Shown here in pieces: positions 26,076 through 35,513 of a DNA stretch of 64,000 nt. Numbering within the stretch: position 1 is the stretch's first letter; each line of letters begins with the position of its first letter. Source of the stretch: an uncultured Methanosarcinales archaeon (lineage in GTDB: Archaea; Nanobdellota; Nanobdellia; Woesearchaeales; CAZOXR01); the NCBI GenBank assembly GCA_964566535.1, contig CAZMIO010000001.1:183751-247750 (forward strand), given 5' to 3'. Position numbers and translations under genes: made by a program. A model generated the notes under the pieces. That model worked only from the letters and a program-made list of their open reading frames with translations. It did no database searches and had not been told where the DNA came from.

Positions 26076-26393
26076 ATGGCTGAAGATAAGAAACCAGAAG
26101 GAGAGCAGAAGCCTAGAAAGAGAGATAATAAGGGTGCTCCTGCTGAAAAAAAATCAACAGCAATAAGATTTTCAATTGCTTATCCTGCTAGAGTTGAAGA
26201 AGTAAGTGGTAGAACTGGCACTAGGGGAGATGCAATTCAAGTAAGATGTAAGGTTTTAGATGGAAGAGATAAAAATAAAATTCTAAGAAGGAATGTTAAA
26301 GGTCCTGTTCAGAAAGGAGATATTTTAATGCTTAGAGAAACTGAGATTGAAGCTAGGCATCTAAGCAAAGCAGGAAGAGGTATGAGTGGTTAA
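26076..26393 (+). CDS. rps28e: Ribosomal protein S28e
   Basis: RVEEVSGRTGTRGDAIQVRCKVLDGRDKNKILRRNVKGPVQKGDILMLRETEIEARHL. Confidence 0.85.
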   Translation: MAEDKKPEGEQKPRKRDNKGAPAEKKSTAIRFSIAYPARVEEVSGRTGTRGDAIQVRCKVLDGRDKNKILRRNVKGPVQKGDILMLRETEIEARHLSKAGRGMSG

Positions 26394-26394
26394 A

Positions 26395-26568
26395 ATGGCA
26401 AAATGCACTTTTTGTGGAGACACACTTGAACCTGGAACAGGAAAGATGTTTGTTCAAGTAGATGGAAAGGTCTTATATTTCTGTAAAATGAAATGTGAAA
26501 AGAATATGATTAAACTAAAACGGAAGCCCATTACAACAAAATGGAGTGGGAGGTTTGAGAAGAAATAA
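26395..26568 (+). CDS. rpl24e: Ribosomal protein L24e
   Basis: MAKCTFCGDTLEPGTGKMFVQVDGKVLYFCKMKCEKN (C4 zinc ribbon). Confidence 0.85.
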   Translation: MAKCTFCGDTLEPGTGKMFVQVDGKVLYFCKMKCEKNMIKLKRKPITTKWSGRFEKK

Positions 26569-26569
26569 A

Positions 26570-27082
26570 ATGGCAGTTGAACAAACATTAGTTTTGATTA
26601 AACCTGACGGACTGATAAAATCGTTGACTGGGAACGTAATCACAAAGATGTCTGAGACTGAGTTGGTAATAGTGGGGTCTAAGATTGTTCAAGTAACTAA
26701 AGAGCTTGCTGAAGAACACTACCACCACCTTAAGGATGAGAAATTTTTTGGTGAACTACTCAAGTATATTATGGGTGAATACCATACCAGAAGGATTATG
26801 GCACTGGTTTATGAAGGAGAAGGTGCAATAGCTAAGGTTAGAAAGATTGTAGGTTCTACGCACCCTGAAGAAGCATCGCCTATATCAATAAGGGGTAAAT
26901 ATGGTAGAGTAACTGAGAAAGGTATTTTTGAGAATGTGGTTCATGCTTCAGAAAATAAGAATGAATCTGAAAGAGAAATTAAATTATGGTTTAGACCAGA
27001 TGAGATTGTTCATACCATTTATCCTACTGAATCAAAGGAAGTTCGGAGAACTGTCTTTTTCTGGAAAGAAGGTAAAAATTAA
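26570..27082 (+). CDS. ndk: Nucleoside diphosphate kinase
   Basis: TLVLIKPDG...NVVHASEN (NDK active-site His); conserved archaeal L7Ae-S28e-L24e-ndk gene order. Confidence 0.75.
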   Translation: MAVEQTLVLIKPDGLIKSLTGNVITKMSETELVIVGSKIVQVTKELAEEHYHHLKDEKFFGELLKYIMGEYHTRRIMALVYEGEGAIAKVRKIVGSTHPEEASPISIRGKYGRVTEKGIFENVVHASENKNESEREIKLWFRPDEIVHTIYPTESKEVRRTVFFWKEGKN

Positions 27083-27113
27083 ATGAAAATTATTTTTTGG
27101 GAGGTTTACTAAA

Positions 27114-29306
27114 ATGGGAGAAAAGATGTCTGATAAGGTACAGAGGATTATGAGGATACCTGCTCAGGTTAGGAATATTTGTACAAGTGCTCATATTGAT
27201 CACGGTAAAACTACATTCACAGATAACTTAGTATCTGGTGCTGGGATGATGTCACAGGACTTAGCTGGTAAGCAGTTAGTGATGGATTTTCATGAAGATG
27301 AACAGGAAAGAGGAATTACAATTGATACTGCTTCGGTTTCTATGGTTCATGAATTTGACAATAAAGAATATTTGATTAATATGTTGGATACACCAGGGCA
27401 CGTTGATTTTGGTGGAGATGTTACAAGAGCTATGAGAGCTGTTGATGGTACTATCATATTAGTTTGTGCTTCAGAAGGAGTTATGCCGCAGACAGAAACT
27501 GTTGTTAGGCAGGCTTTGAAGGAGAATGTTAAGCCTTCTTTATTTATTAATAAAGTTGATAGGTTAATGAAAGAGTTGAAGTTAACTCCTCAACAGATGC
27601 AGGAGAGATTTGTTAAGATAATTGCTAATGTTAATAAATTAATAAGAACTATTGCTCCTAAAGAATACAAAGAGATATGGCAAGTTAGTGTACAGGACGG
27701 AACAGTTGCATTTGGTTCTGCATTCCAGAATTGGGGAATGTCTGTTCCTTACATGAAGAGGAAAGAGATTTCATTCAAAGATATTGTTGATACTTACTCT
27801 GTTGATAATGATGTTGACAGAGAAGCTGCTGTAAAGGAACTAGCTAACAAAGCACCATTGCACGAAGTTGTTTTGGACATGGTGATTAAGCATTTGCCTG
27901 ATCCACTTGAAGCTCAGAAGTACAGAATCCCTAAGATTTGGCATGGAGACCTTGAAGGAGAAGATGGGAAGTCATTGTTGAGTTGTAATCCTGATGGTCC
28001 TTTGTTTTTTGTTATTACAAAGATTACTGTTGATCCTCAAGCTGGAGAGATTTCAGGAGGAAGGTTATTTTCAGGTACTGTTAAGAAAGGAATGTCAATT
28101 TATTTAAATGGTATGAGACAGGAATCAAAAGTTCAACAGGTTTTTATCTACAATGGAGCTAAGAGAGATATTGTTGATAATGTTCCATGCGGTAATATTA
28201 TTGGTATTGCGGGAGTTAAAGCATACTCTGGGGAAACAGTTACATTAAAGCAGTCAGAACCATTCGAACAGATAAAGCATATTTTTGAACCGGTTATCAC
28301 TAAGGCAATTGAGGCTAAGAGGCCTTCTGATCTGCCAAAGTTAATTGATGTTCTTCGTCAAGTTGGAAAAGAAGATCCAACTGTTGTTGTTGAGATTAAT
28401 GAAGAGACTGGAGAACACTTATTACATGGAATGGGAGAATTGCATTTAGAAGTTATTGAGAATAGAATCAAGACTGAGAAAGGTGTTGATGTTAAAACAT
28501 CTGATCCTATTGTTGTCTATAGGGAAACAGTTACTGGTGCTTCAGCAGAAGCTGAAGGGAAATCTCCTAACAAGCATAATAAGTTTTTCTTTAAAGTTGA
28601 GCCGCTTGAGGAAGCTGTTTATGCTGCAGTTAAAGAGAACAAGATTCCTGAGATTAGGATTAAGAAAAAAGATCCTGTGATTAGGGATGCTCTTGTTGAG
28701 GCTGGAATGGAGAGTAAGAAGGCTGTTAAAGTTAAGCAGATCTATAATGGAAATATGTTTATTGATGACACAAGAGGACAAGTTTATGGACAGGAAGTTA
28801 TGGAAATGGTCCTTGATATGTTTGAAGATGTTATGAAACAAGGTCCGTTAGCTAGAGAGCCAAGTGTTAAGGTTAAAGTTATACTAACTGATATGAAATT
28901 ACACGAGGATGCAATCCATAGAGGTCCTGCACAGGTTTATCCTGCAATTAGAGAAGGTATAAGGGCTGCTATGATGGGTGCTAGGCCTTTGATCTTTGAG
29001 CCATTACAGGTATTGCACATTGAAGCTCCTGTTGAATACATGGGAGAGATCTCAAAGTTAGTTGGTAATAAGAGAGGTCAGTTAATAGATATGCAGGAAG
29101 AGAATGCTCTTGTTGTTGTTAAGGCTAAACTGCCTGTTGGAGAGATGTTTGGATGGAGTTCTGAGTTACGTTCTTCAACTGGTGGTAGGGGAAGTTCTTC
29201 TTTGGTTGATCAGATGTTTGAGAAGCTGCCTGAAGAGTTGCAGCAGAAGGTTATTTCTGGGATAAAGCAAAGGAAAGGACTTACTGATGCTCATGTTGGT
29301 GGTTAG
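27114..29306 (+). CDS. Translation elongation factor 2 (aEF-2)
   Basis: G domain NICTSAHIDHGKTT and DTPGHVDF; 730 aa; diphthamide-site His in DAIHRGPAQV. Confidence 0.9.
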   Translation: MGEKMSDKVQRIMRIPAQVRNICTSAHIDHGKTTFTDNLVSGAGMMSQDLAGKQLVMDFHEDEQERGITIDTASVSMVHEFDNKEYLINMLDTPGHVDFGGDVTRAMRAVDGTIILVCASEGVMPQTETVVRQALKENVKPSLFINKVDRLMKELKLTPQQMQERFVKIIANVNKLIRTIAPKEYKEIWQVSVQDGTVAFGSAFQNWGMSVPYMKRKEISFKDIVDTYSVDNDVDREAAVKELANKAPLHEVVLDMVIKHLPDPLEAQKYRIPKIWHGDLEGEDGKSLLSCNPDGPLFFVITKITVDPQAGEISGGRLFSGTVKKGMSIYLNGMRQESKVQQVFIYNGAKRDIVDNVPCGNIIGIAGVKAYSGETVTLKQSEPFEQIKHIFEPVITKAIEAKRPSDLPKLIDVLRQVGKEDPTVVVEINEETGEHLLHGMGELHLEVIENRIKTEKGVDVKTSDPIVVYRETVTGASAEAEGKSPNKHNKFFFKVEPLEEAVYAAVKENKIPEIRIKKKDPVIRDALVEAGMESKKAVKVKQIYNGNMFIDDTRGQVYGQEVMEMVLDMFEDVMKQGPLAREPSVKVKVILTDMKLHEDAIHRGPAQVYPAIREGIRAAMMGARPLIFEPLQVLHIEAPVEYMGEISKLVGNKRGQLIDMQEENALVVVKAKLPVGEMFGWSSELRSSTGGRGSSSLVDQMFEKLPEELQQKVISGIKQRKGLTDAHVGG

Positions 29307-29321
29307 TTTTTTTATTCTTTT

Positions 29322-29392
29322 TTTCCATTACGGATTAGATTTTTCTCCAATGGTTAAAATTTTTAATAATTAAATAAAAACTAACAATATTT
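29322..29392. repeat. Interspersed intergenic element family 2, degenerate copy 3, between convergent aEF-2 and the 704-aa ORF
   Basis: TTCCATTACGGATTAGATTTTTCTCCAATGGTTAAAATTTTTAATAATTAAATAAAAACT. Confidence 0.5.
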
Positions 29393-31507
29393 CTATATCT
29401 GAATAGCCTCTGTTTGTGGTTGATAGAATTTATCTCCCCTGATTTCTAATTTACCTTCAGCGGCCCAGTCTTTCACTCTTTCATCATGAGTTCTAATTCC
29501 ATTTAATCTGAATGCTTGGAGTTCTTCTCCCTGATCATCATGAACTGTAACGAGACCTATATTTCTAAAATATCGCACATTTGCAGCTCTAGTTTTTGTT
29601 ATCCATTCTTGTGGGATTCCATCTACTGATCTCTTTAATTTTTTGAAATCTATACCTCTATCATCATACCATTGGTGCCTTTCACTCTTTGCTTCTTCGT
29701 CTTCTTGTTCAGGCGATTCAGCGTGAGCCCTTTTGTCTTGGTATTTTTTGATCTTATCTTTTAGATCAGCAACTTCTCCCCTTAAGATGGCTTTTGCTAA
29801 AGCTGGATCGTATTGCCTTTCCCCATTTGTAAATACATGAGTTTTATGTTCATTATATTGGTCTTTGGTTACCCATTCAATACCATATTCAAGAGAACAG
29901 ACTTCCCTTAATTCGTCATCTTGTGAAACTGCAGCCGTCATTACATCACCAACAGCTGAGTATAGATCTTGATTTCTTGTTCTGTTATCTTCTCCTGCAA
30001 ACCTTCCAGCATATTCTCTAGTCCATAAATAAGCAGAGAATAAATCTCTCTCAAGTTCATTTAAATCCATTTCATGATGTTCTGAGAACGATTTAAATCT
30101 ATATTTATCTGATAAAATATCTACTAATCTAGCATTATCACTTCTTTTTTCACTAACTCTAACATCACGTAAACTATGATAACCGTCTAATTCTTGAGGT
30201 GTTTTTATTGCTACTTCTACATCATGTTTGTCAGCTATTTTTTGGATATCGCGTGCTAGCTTTCCTGTTCTATCCTGGATAACATAACTTATTCCTCCAC
30301 CATATTCAATAAAATCTGCTAATTGTTTTCCGCTTCTGGTTCCTAGATGTTTGCCCGACTTCATATCTACTAAATCGTCTAATTCAAATGCTACTAACCT
30401 GCCTTGAGAATGATAGTCAGCTACTCTAAATGATCTAGCTGTATCAATCTTATATTGATGTTCAATATCTGGGTCTTCTAAAGCAAGTAAAATTCCACCA
30501 AAAAACTCAAAGATATATCCATATGAGAAGTGGAAAATTGGATCATTATTTTGTTCTCTTTTTGGAACTAAACTTCTGTATTGCTCTCTTAATTCTCTAA
30601 GTTCACTTTCTAATTTTAATTGTGCTTTGTCTTTTGGATTTGAGGGTTCTTTTAAAGATGTGTAGCTTGTTGTTTCTTCTGATTCATTGTTACTTTTGGA
30701 TCTTATATCTGGGAAAACTGAAGATAATAGTCCTTCTTTTCTTTGTTGGTCTATAGTCCCATCATCATTTGTTGCTTCTTCGTTTATCCAACTTAAAAAT
30801 GCTTGATAAAAGGCATTACCTCCTTCGACTTTCCTAATTGGTCCTCTTGAAAGGCCCTGCCATTCTGGATGATTATTATATTCTGCAACCCAATCATCTA
30901 TTGTTGTATAAGTTGACCAACCTTTATGTTTTGGTTTAAAAATTGTTTCAAAAAGTTCTCTTTTTCTTTCTTCATCAATAACTCCATCATCTGTGGCTTC
31001 TTCTATTACCCACCTCCTAAAAGCAAGATAGAATGCGTTTCCTCCTTCTACTTTTAATATTTCATTTGTAGATTGGCCATGCCAATTGGGATGATTGTTA
31101 TATTCTTTAACCCAGTCATCTAAAGAAGTATAAGTTGATCGGTCTTTATAAACAGGGTGGAAAATTGTCTCAATAAGTCTTCCCTTTGTAATATTATTAA
31201 CAACCCCATTTTCATCTGTAGCTTCTTTTAGTGTCCATTTATTAAATGCATCATAAAAATTCCTTCCTTTATTGTCTTTTTGAATTTGACTCGTACTTAG
31301 TTCAGCCCAATCTGTATGTAATTCACGGTAAAGAACAAAATCACCAATATCTTCAAGGAGTTTCCATCTTCTACTATTTTCAGGATGTTCATCTTCATGT
31401 TGGACAAATCCCCTAACTCTATCAATAGTGTCATGACTATAAAGATCTGGTTGACCTACAAGCATTGCATCTAATGTGTCTTCTAATCCCATCTTATTGT
31501 ATACCAA
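29393..31507 (-). CDS. Large hypothetical protein with three tandem roughly 70-aa repeats and a possible PD-(D/E)xK-like segment (GC-richer)
   Basis: Repeats of type YTSLDDWVKEYNNHPNWHGQ...KVEGGNAFY.AF..W..EEATD; central RLVAFELDDLVDMKSGK. Confidence 0.4.
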   Translation of the reverse strand: MVYNKMGLEDTLDAMLVGQPDLYSHDTIDRVRGFVQHEDEHPENSRRWKLLEDIGDFVLYRELHTDWAELSTSQIQKDNKGRNFYDAFNKWTLKEATDENGVVNNITKGRLIETIFHPVYKDRSTYTSLDDWVKEYNNHPNWHGQSTNEILKVEGGNAFYLAFRRWVIEEATDDGVIDEERKRELFETIFKPKHKGWSTYTTIDDWVAEYNNHPEWQGLSRGPIRKVEGGNAFYQAFLSWINEEATNDDGTIDQQRKEGLLSSVFPDIRSKSNNESEETTSYTSLKEPSNPKDKAQLKLESELRELREQYRSLVPKREQNNDPIFHFSYGYIFEFFGGILLALEDPDIEHQYKIDTARSFRVADYHSQGRLVAFELDDLVDMKSGKHLGTRSGKQLADFIEYGGGISYVIQDRTGKLARDIQKIADKHDVEVAIKTPQELDGYHSLRDVRVSEKRSDNARLVDILSDKYRFKSFSEHHEMDLNELERDLFSAYLWTREYAGRFAGEDNRTRNQDLYSAVGDVMTAAVSQDDELREVCSLEYGIEWVTKDQYNEHKTHVFTNGERQYDPALAKAILRGEVADLKDKIKKYQDKRAHAESPEQEDEEAKSERHQWYDDRGIDFKKLKRSVDGIPQEWITKTRAANVRYFRNIGLVTVHDDQGEELQAFRLNGIRTHDERVKDWAAEGKLEIRGDKFYQPQTEAIQI

Positions 31508-31638
31508 TGGCTATTCTCGCCTTGGTATGTGAGAATAAGCTGGTATTTGCCCTATATAAATCTTTCGTTTTGTTGTCACTTAATAGTGACAAATAGTTAA
31601 TAAACTAGCTGTGAAAACCTTTATAAATAACCTAAATA

Positions 31639-32334
31639 ATGAGTAAAATTATGAAAAAACCTTTGGTTGTTGGGCATAGAGGGGCTGCTTCTTATGAGCC
31701 GGAGAATACTCTTAGGTCATTTGATAAGGGGATTTCTTTAGGTGTTGGTGCGATTGAGTTTGATGTTCATTTGAGTTCTGATGGAGAAGTTGTTGTTATT
31801 CATGATGAGACGGTTGATCGGACAACTAATGGTAAAGGTGCTGTTAAAGATATGAGTTTTGATAGGTTGAGGAAGTTAGATGCTGGTGAGGGTGAGCAGA
31901 TACCTTCACTTCAAGAAGTTATTGATCTGTATAAGGATAAAGCGCTTATGTTGATTGAGTTGAAAGCTGAAGGTACTGCAAAACCTGTTGTTGATATATT
32001 AAATAAGAGTGAAGCTTGGGATAAGGTTATTGTTATTTCTTTTTTACACGATTTGGTTAAAGAAGTTAAGCAGTTAGACAAAAGGATCAAAACAGGAGTG
32101 TTGTTTGTTGGCAGACCGATTAATGCCAATAGACTTGCTAAAGATGTTAAGGCTGATGCTTTGGTTATGTTGTACAAGACTGTTGATAAAAGAATAGTTA
32201 GAGAAGCCCATAAAGAAGGGTTGAAAGTGTTTATTTGGAATATTGATGATAAATCTGAGGTTAAGGAGTATGTTAAGTTAGGTGTTGATGCAATTAGTTC
32301 TAACAAACCAGATATTGTTATTAAGAATTTATAG
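31639..32334 (+). CDS. Glycerophosphodiester phosphodiesterase
   Basis: VVGHRGAASYEPENTLRSF...IEFDVHLSSDGEVVVIHDETVDRTTNG. Confidence 0.8.
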   Translation: MSKIMKKPLVVGHRGAASYEPENTLRSFDKGISLGVGAIEFDVHLSSDGEVVVIHDETVDRTTNGKGAVKDMSFDRLRKLDAGEGEQIPSLQEVIDLYKDKALMLIELKAEGTAKPVVDILNKSEAWDKVIVISFLHDLVKEVKQLDKRIKTGVLFVGRPINANRLAKDVKADALVMLYKTVDKRIVREAHKEGLKVFIWNIDDKSEVKEYVKLGVDAISSNKPDIVIKNL

Positions 32335-32916
32335 TCCGCCTTCTTCTAATATGTTTCCTACTCTTATGTTTGCTCCTTGTTGTGCATACTCATTTGAGTT
32401 GAAGTATCTTATTAGCTGCTGAAGGTATTGTGCAACTTGTTCGGGATTGTCCACATATTCTATTGTGAATGTTTTTTCATTCATTGCGCTAAGTTCTAGA
32501 GTTATATGGCCTGTGTTTAGTAATCCGTTGATCAATCCGTCTGTATCGAAAGATATCCTTGCAATATTTTTATAATGTATTTCCTTTGAATCAAGGAGGA
32601 TAAAGAATGCCGTTACGTAGGAGATTAATTTATCCTGTAATAGTTCATACCTTATATTTTGTAGCAGCATATAATTGAAGACAAGTAGTCCAATATAGAC
32701 TAATACTACTCCACCAACCAAGAAGTAGATAATTTGAGTAGGATCAAATTCTATTCCTAATTCTAAACCTTGAAGTACGTCTGTAAAAACATCAAATCCA
32801 ATTTCGTTTTTAAAGAAAACTACAAGGAAGATTACAGTTGCAATTGCTAATGTAACTTTAGTGGCATTAACTATGAATATTTTTTTAAAATTAGGTCTTA
32901 TTGTGTAAGGTTGCAT
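32329..32916 (-). CDS. Hypothetical membrane protein (3 TM)
   Basis: Hydrophobic helices; no motifs recognised. Confidence 0.4.
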   Translation of the reverse strand: MQPYTIRPNFKKIFIVNATKVTLAIATVIFLVVFFKNEIGFDVFTDVLQGLELGIEFDPTQIIYFLVGGVVLVYIGLLVFNYMLLQNIRYELLQDKLISYVTAFFILLDSKEIHYKNIARISFDTDGLINGLLNTGHITLELSAMNEKTFTIEYVDNPEQVAQYLQQLIRYFNSNEYAQQGANIRVGNILEEGGL

Positions 32917-32993
32917 TGATGAATAATTGGTATGTAGGTTAATAAATCTTTCGAATAGTAATATATTTAATACGTTAAGTAAAACCTTTTATC

Positions 32994-34187
32994 ATGGGAT
33001 ATAAAGAAGTACTTGGGAAACTTTATGATCTTGAGAAGTTTGGATTAGAGTTAGGACTAGGTAGAGTTACTGAATTACTTAATAAATTGAGGAATCCTCA
33101 AAAAGATTTAAAGGTCATCCATGTAACGGGAACTAACGGGAAAGGTTCAACTTCTGCTATGATAAGTTCCATTTTGGTTTCTGCAGGCTACAAAGTTGGG
33201 ATGTACACTAGTCCACATCTTGTTAGTTTTAGAGAAAGGCTTATGATCAATTCTGAAGAGATATCTAAGGAAGATGTTGTCAGTTTGTTTAACCGAGTAG
33301 ATAAAGTAAGGACTGATCAAACTTTTTTTGAGGTTGTAACTGCAATGGCTTTTCTTTATTTTTTTGAGCAGAAGGTTGACTATTTGGTGCTGGAGGTGGG
33401 GTTAGGTGGAAGGTTAGATGCTACAAACGTTGTTGGGCCGCTTGTTTCTGTTATAACTAACATTGGACTAGAGCATACAAAGCATCTTGGGGAGACTATT
33501 GAGAAGATTGCTTTTGAGAAAGCTGGAATAATTAAAGAGGATGGATTAGTTGTGACTGGTTGTAGTGGGAATGCTTTGGATGTTATTAAGGGTGCTTGTG
33601 AAGAGAAAAAAAGTAGGCTTTATGTTGTTAGTGAGAAGTCTAAGTATGAGCTAGGTTTATTGGGGGAGTTTCAAAAGTATAATGCTGCTGTTGCTGTAAA
33701 GGTAATTGAGGTTCTTAAGGAAAATGGTGTTAAGGTTGGTGAAGATGATATTATTTCTGGTTTAGCGAATGTTAAATGGAGAGGAAGGTTAGAGTTTGTT
33801 AAAGAGAATGTGTTAGTTGATTGTGCTCATAATCCAATTGGGATGAAAGCTTTAAAGGAAGAGGTTTTGAAGGTGAAGGGTAAGTTTGATAAACTGATTT
33901 TGATTATTGGAGTTTTGAAGGACAAAGGATATAAGGATATGTTGAAGGCAATAACTCCTTTGGCTGATAAGGTAATTTTAACTAAGGTTAAGATTGATAG
34001 GGCTGCTCCGCCAAGTGTTCTTAAGAAATATGTTGATAAGGAAGTTATTATTAAAGATGATGTTAAAGAAGCTGTTAAGTATGGTCAAGAGATTGCTGGT
34101 GCTAATGATTTAGTTGTGGTTTGTGGAAGTATCTATGTAGTTGGAAATGCTTTGAGGGTTTTGGATTGCCAAAAACACCACCCTTAA
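32994..34187 (+). CDS. Mur-ligase family protein (FolC-like folylpolyglutamate/dihydrofolate synthase)
   Basis: IHVTGTNGKGSTSAMI P-loop; 397 aa. Confidence 0.65.
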   Translation: MGYKEVLGKLYDLEKFGLELGLGRVTELLNKLRNPQKDLKVIHVTGTNGKGSTSAMISSILVSAGYKVGMYTSPHLVSFRERLMINSEEISKEDVVSLFNRVDKVRTDQTFFEVVTAMAFLYFFEQKVDYLVLEVGLGGRLDATNVVGPLVSVITNIGLEHTKHLGETIEKIAFEKAGIIKEDGLVVTGCSGNALDVIKGACEEKKSRLYVVSEKSKYELGLLGEFQKYNAAVAVKVIEVLKENGVKVGEDDIISGLANVKWRGRLEFVKENVLVDCAHNPIGMKALKEEVLKVKGKFDKLILIIGVLKDKGYKDMLKAITPLADKVILTKVKIDRAAPPSVLKKYVDKEVIIKDDVKEAVKYGQEIAGANDLVVVCGSIYVVGNALRVLDCQKHHP

Positions 34188-34214
34188 AAAGGGCGGTCCC
34201 TTAATATAAACAAA

Positions 34215-35078
34215 ATGAACAAATACTTGAAAGGGAGTTTATTGATTGTTATGGCAATGGTTCTATTCGCAACCATTGGTATCTTTGTTAGACATATTGA
34301 TATGCCTAATCCTGTGATTATCTTCTTTACCTCTTTGTTTGCGTCAATAGTCTTATTGACCTATTTTGCTATTAAGGGTAGGTTGAAAGGATTAGTTGAT
34401 GTAGGACATAAGAAAACTCTTTTTGTTTCTGGTATATTGGTTTCGTTTACAATATTGCTTTATTTTATGGCTTACTCAAATACAACTCTTGCAAATGCTG
34501 TTTTGACTCATTATACTGCTCCAATATTTGCTGCATTACTTGCTCCATTTTATTTGAAGGAGAAATTGAGTAAAGTGACAATATTTGCTTTGGCGATTTC
34601 TTTTGCCGGTTTGATTGTGATTACTAGCGATAGTCTATCTTTTGGTAGCCCCGACCTTTTGGGTATTGTTTATGGAGTTTTCTCTGGATTGTTTTATGGT
34701 TTATTGATATTGGTTGATAAAAAATTGTTGAAGGATATCGATTCTAAAGTTGTTTTAGTCTATCAAGTGGTTATCCCTACGTTTTTTATGGCGCCATTCC
34801 TTTTTATCTTTGATTTTAGTTTGACTGCGTTTAATCTATCTTTGATTCTTGTTTATGTGTTTGCTCTTATCATTACTGGTACTCTTCTTTATTTTGCTGG
34901 GTTGAAGCATGTTAAGGCTCAGGATGCTGGAATAATATCTTATATTGAGCCGGTTACTGTTTTTATATTTGGGTTTTTGTTTTTTAATGAAATTCCTTCA
35001 ATTAGAACGTATATTGGTGGTGCTTTGATACTGTATTCTGGTTATTTGATTATTAAAACTGAGAGTGAGAGAAGGTAA
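34215..35078 (+). CDS. EamA/DMT-superfamily transporter (10 TM)
   Basis: Ten predicted TM helices in a duplicated 5+5 arrangement. Confidence 0.55.
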   Translation: MNKYLKGSLLIVMAMVLFATIGIFVRHIDMPNPVIIFFTSLFASIVLLTYFAIKGRLKGLVDVGHKKTLFVSGILVSFTILLYFMAYSNTTLANAVLTHYTAPIFAALLAPFYLKEKLSKVTIFALAISFAGLIVITSDSLSFGSPDLLGIVYGVFSGLFYGLLILVDKKLLKDIDSKVVLVYQVVIPTFFMAPFLFIFDFSLTAFNLSLILVYVFALIITGTLLYFAGLKHVKAQDAGIISYIEPVTVFIFGFLFFNEIPSIRTYIGGALILYSGYLIIKTESERR

Positions 35079-35115
35079 GGAAAAGTTTAATAAGGGATGA
35101 GTTTAAAGTTAGTTT

Positions 35116-35442
35116 ATGGGAATTATTGAGAAGTCAATTGCAGTTGTTATGCTGCCTTTGAGTATATTGATTATTTTAGAAGAAGCTGGGATTTTTTCTT
35201 TTGATTTGTTTGTTGACAAATTAGTTATTGGAGCAATACTTCTGATTGGGCTGCAGGTCGTTAGTTTAGTTTTTTCTGTTAAACATCAAGGTGGAGTTAG
35301 AGCGATGAATATTGTTATTGGTGTTGTTTTGATAATTCCTGCTTTGATATATTTAATTCCTGCTCTGAACTTTTTTGGAGAAAGTTTAAGTTTGATTTTA
35401 GGTACTATGATGTTTGTTGAGTCTGTTTATGCTTTTCATTAG
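35116..35442 (+). CDS. Small hypothetical membrane protein (3 TM)
   Basis: Hydrophobic ORF. Confidence 0.4.
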   Translation: MGIIEKSIAVVMLPLSILIILEEAGIFSFDLFVDKLVIGAILLIGLQVVSLVFSVKHQGGVRAMNIVIGVVLIIPALIYLIPALNFFGESLSLILGTMMFVESVYAFH

Positions 35443-35513
35443 CTTTAAATAGTTCTATAATAAAATTTTTAAGTGAGTATGGATTTCTATTTTTAACTAA
35501 TAGATGGAGGCGA

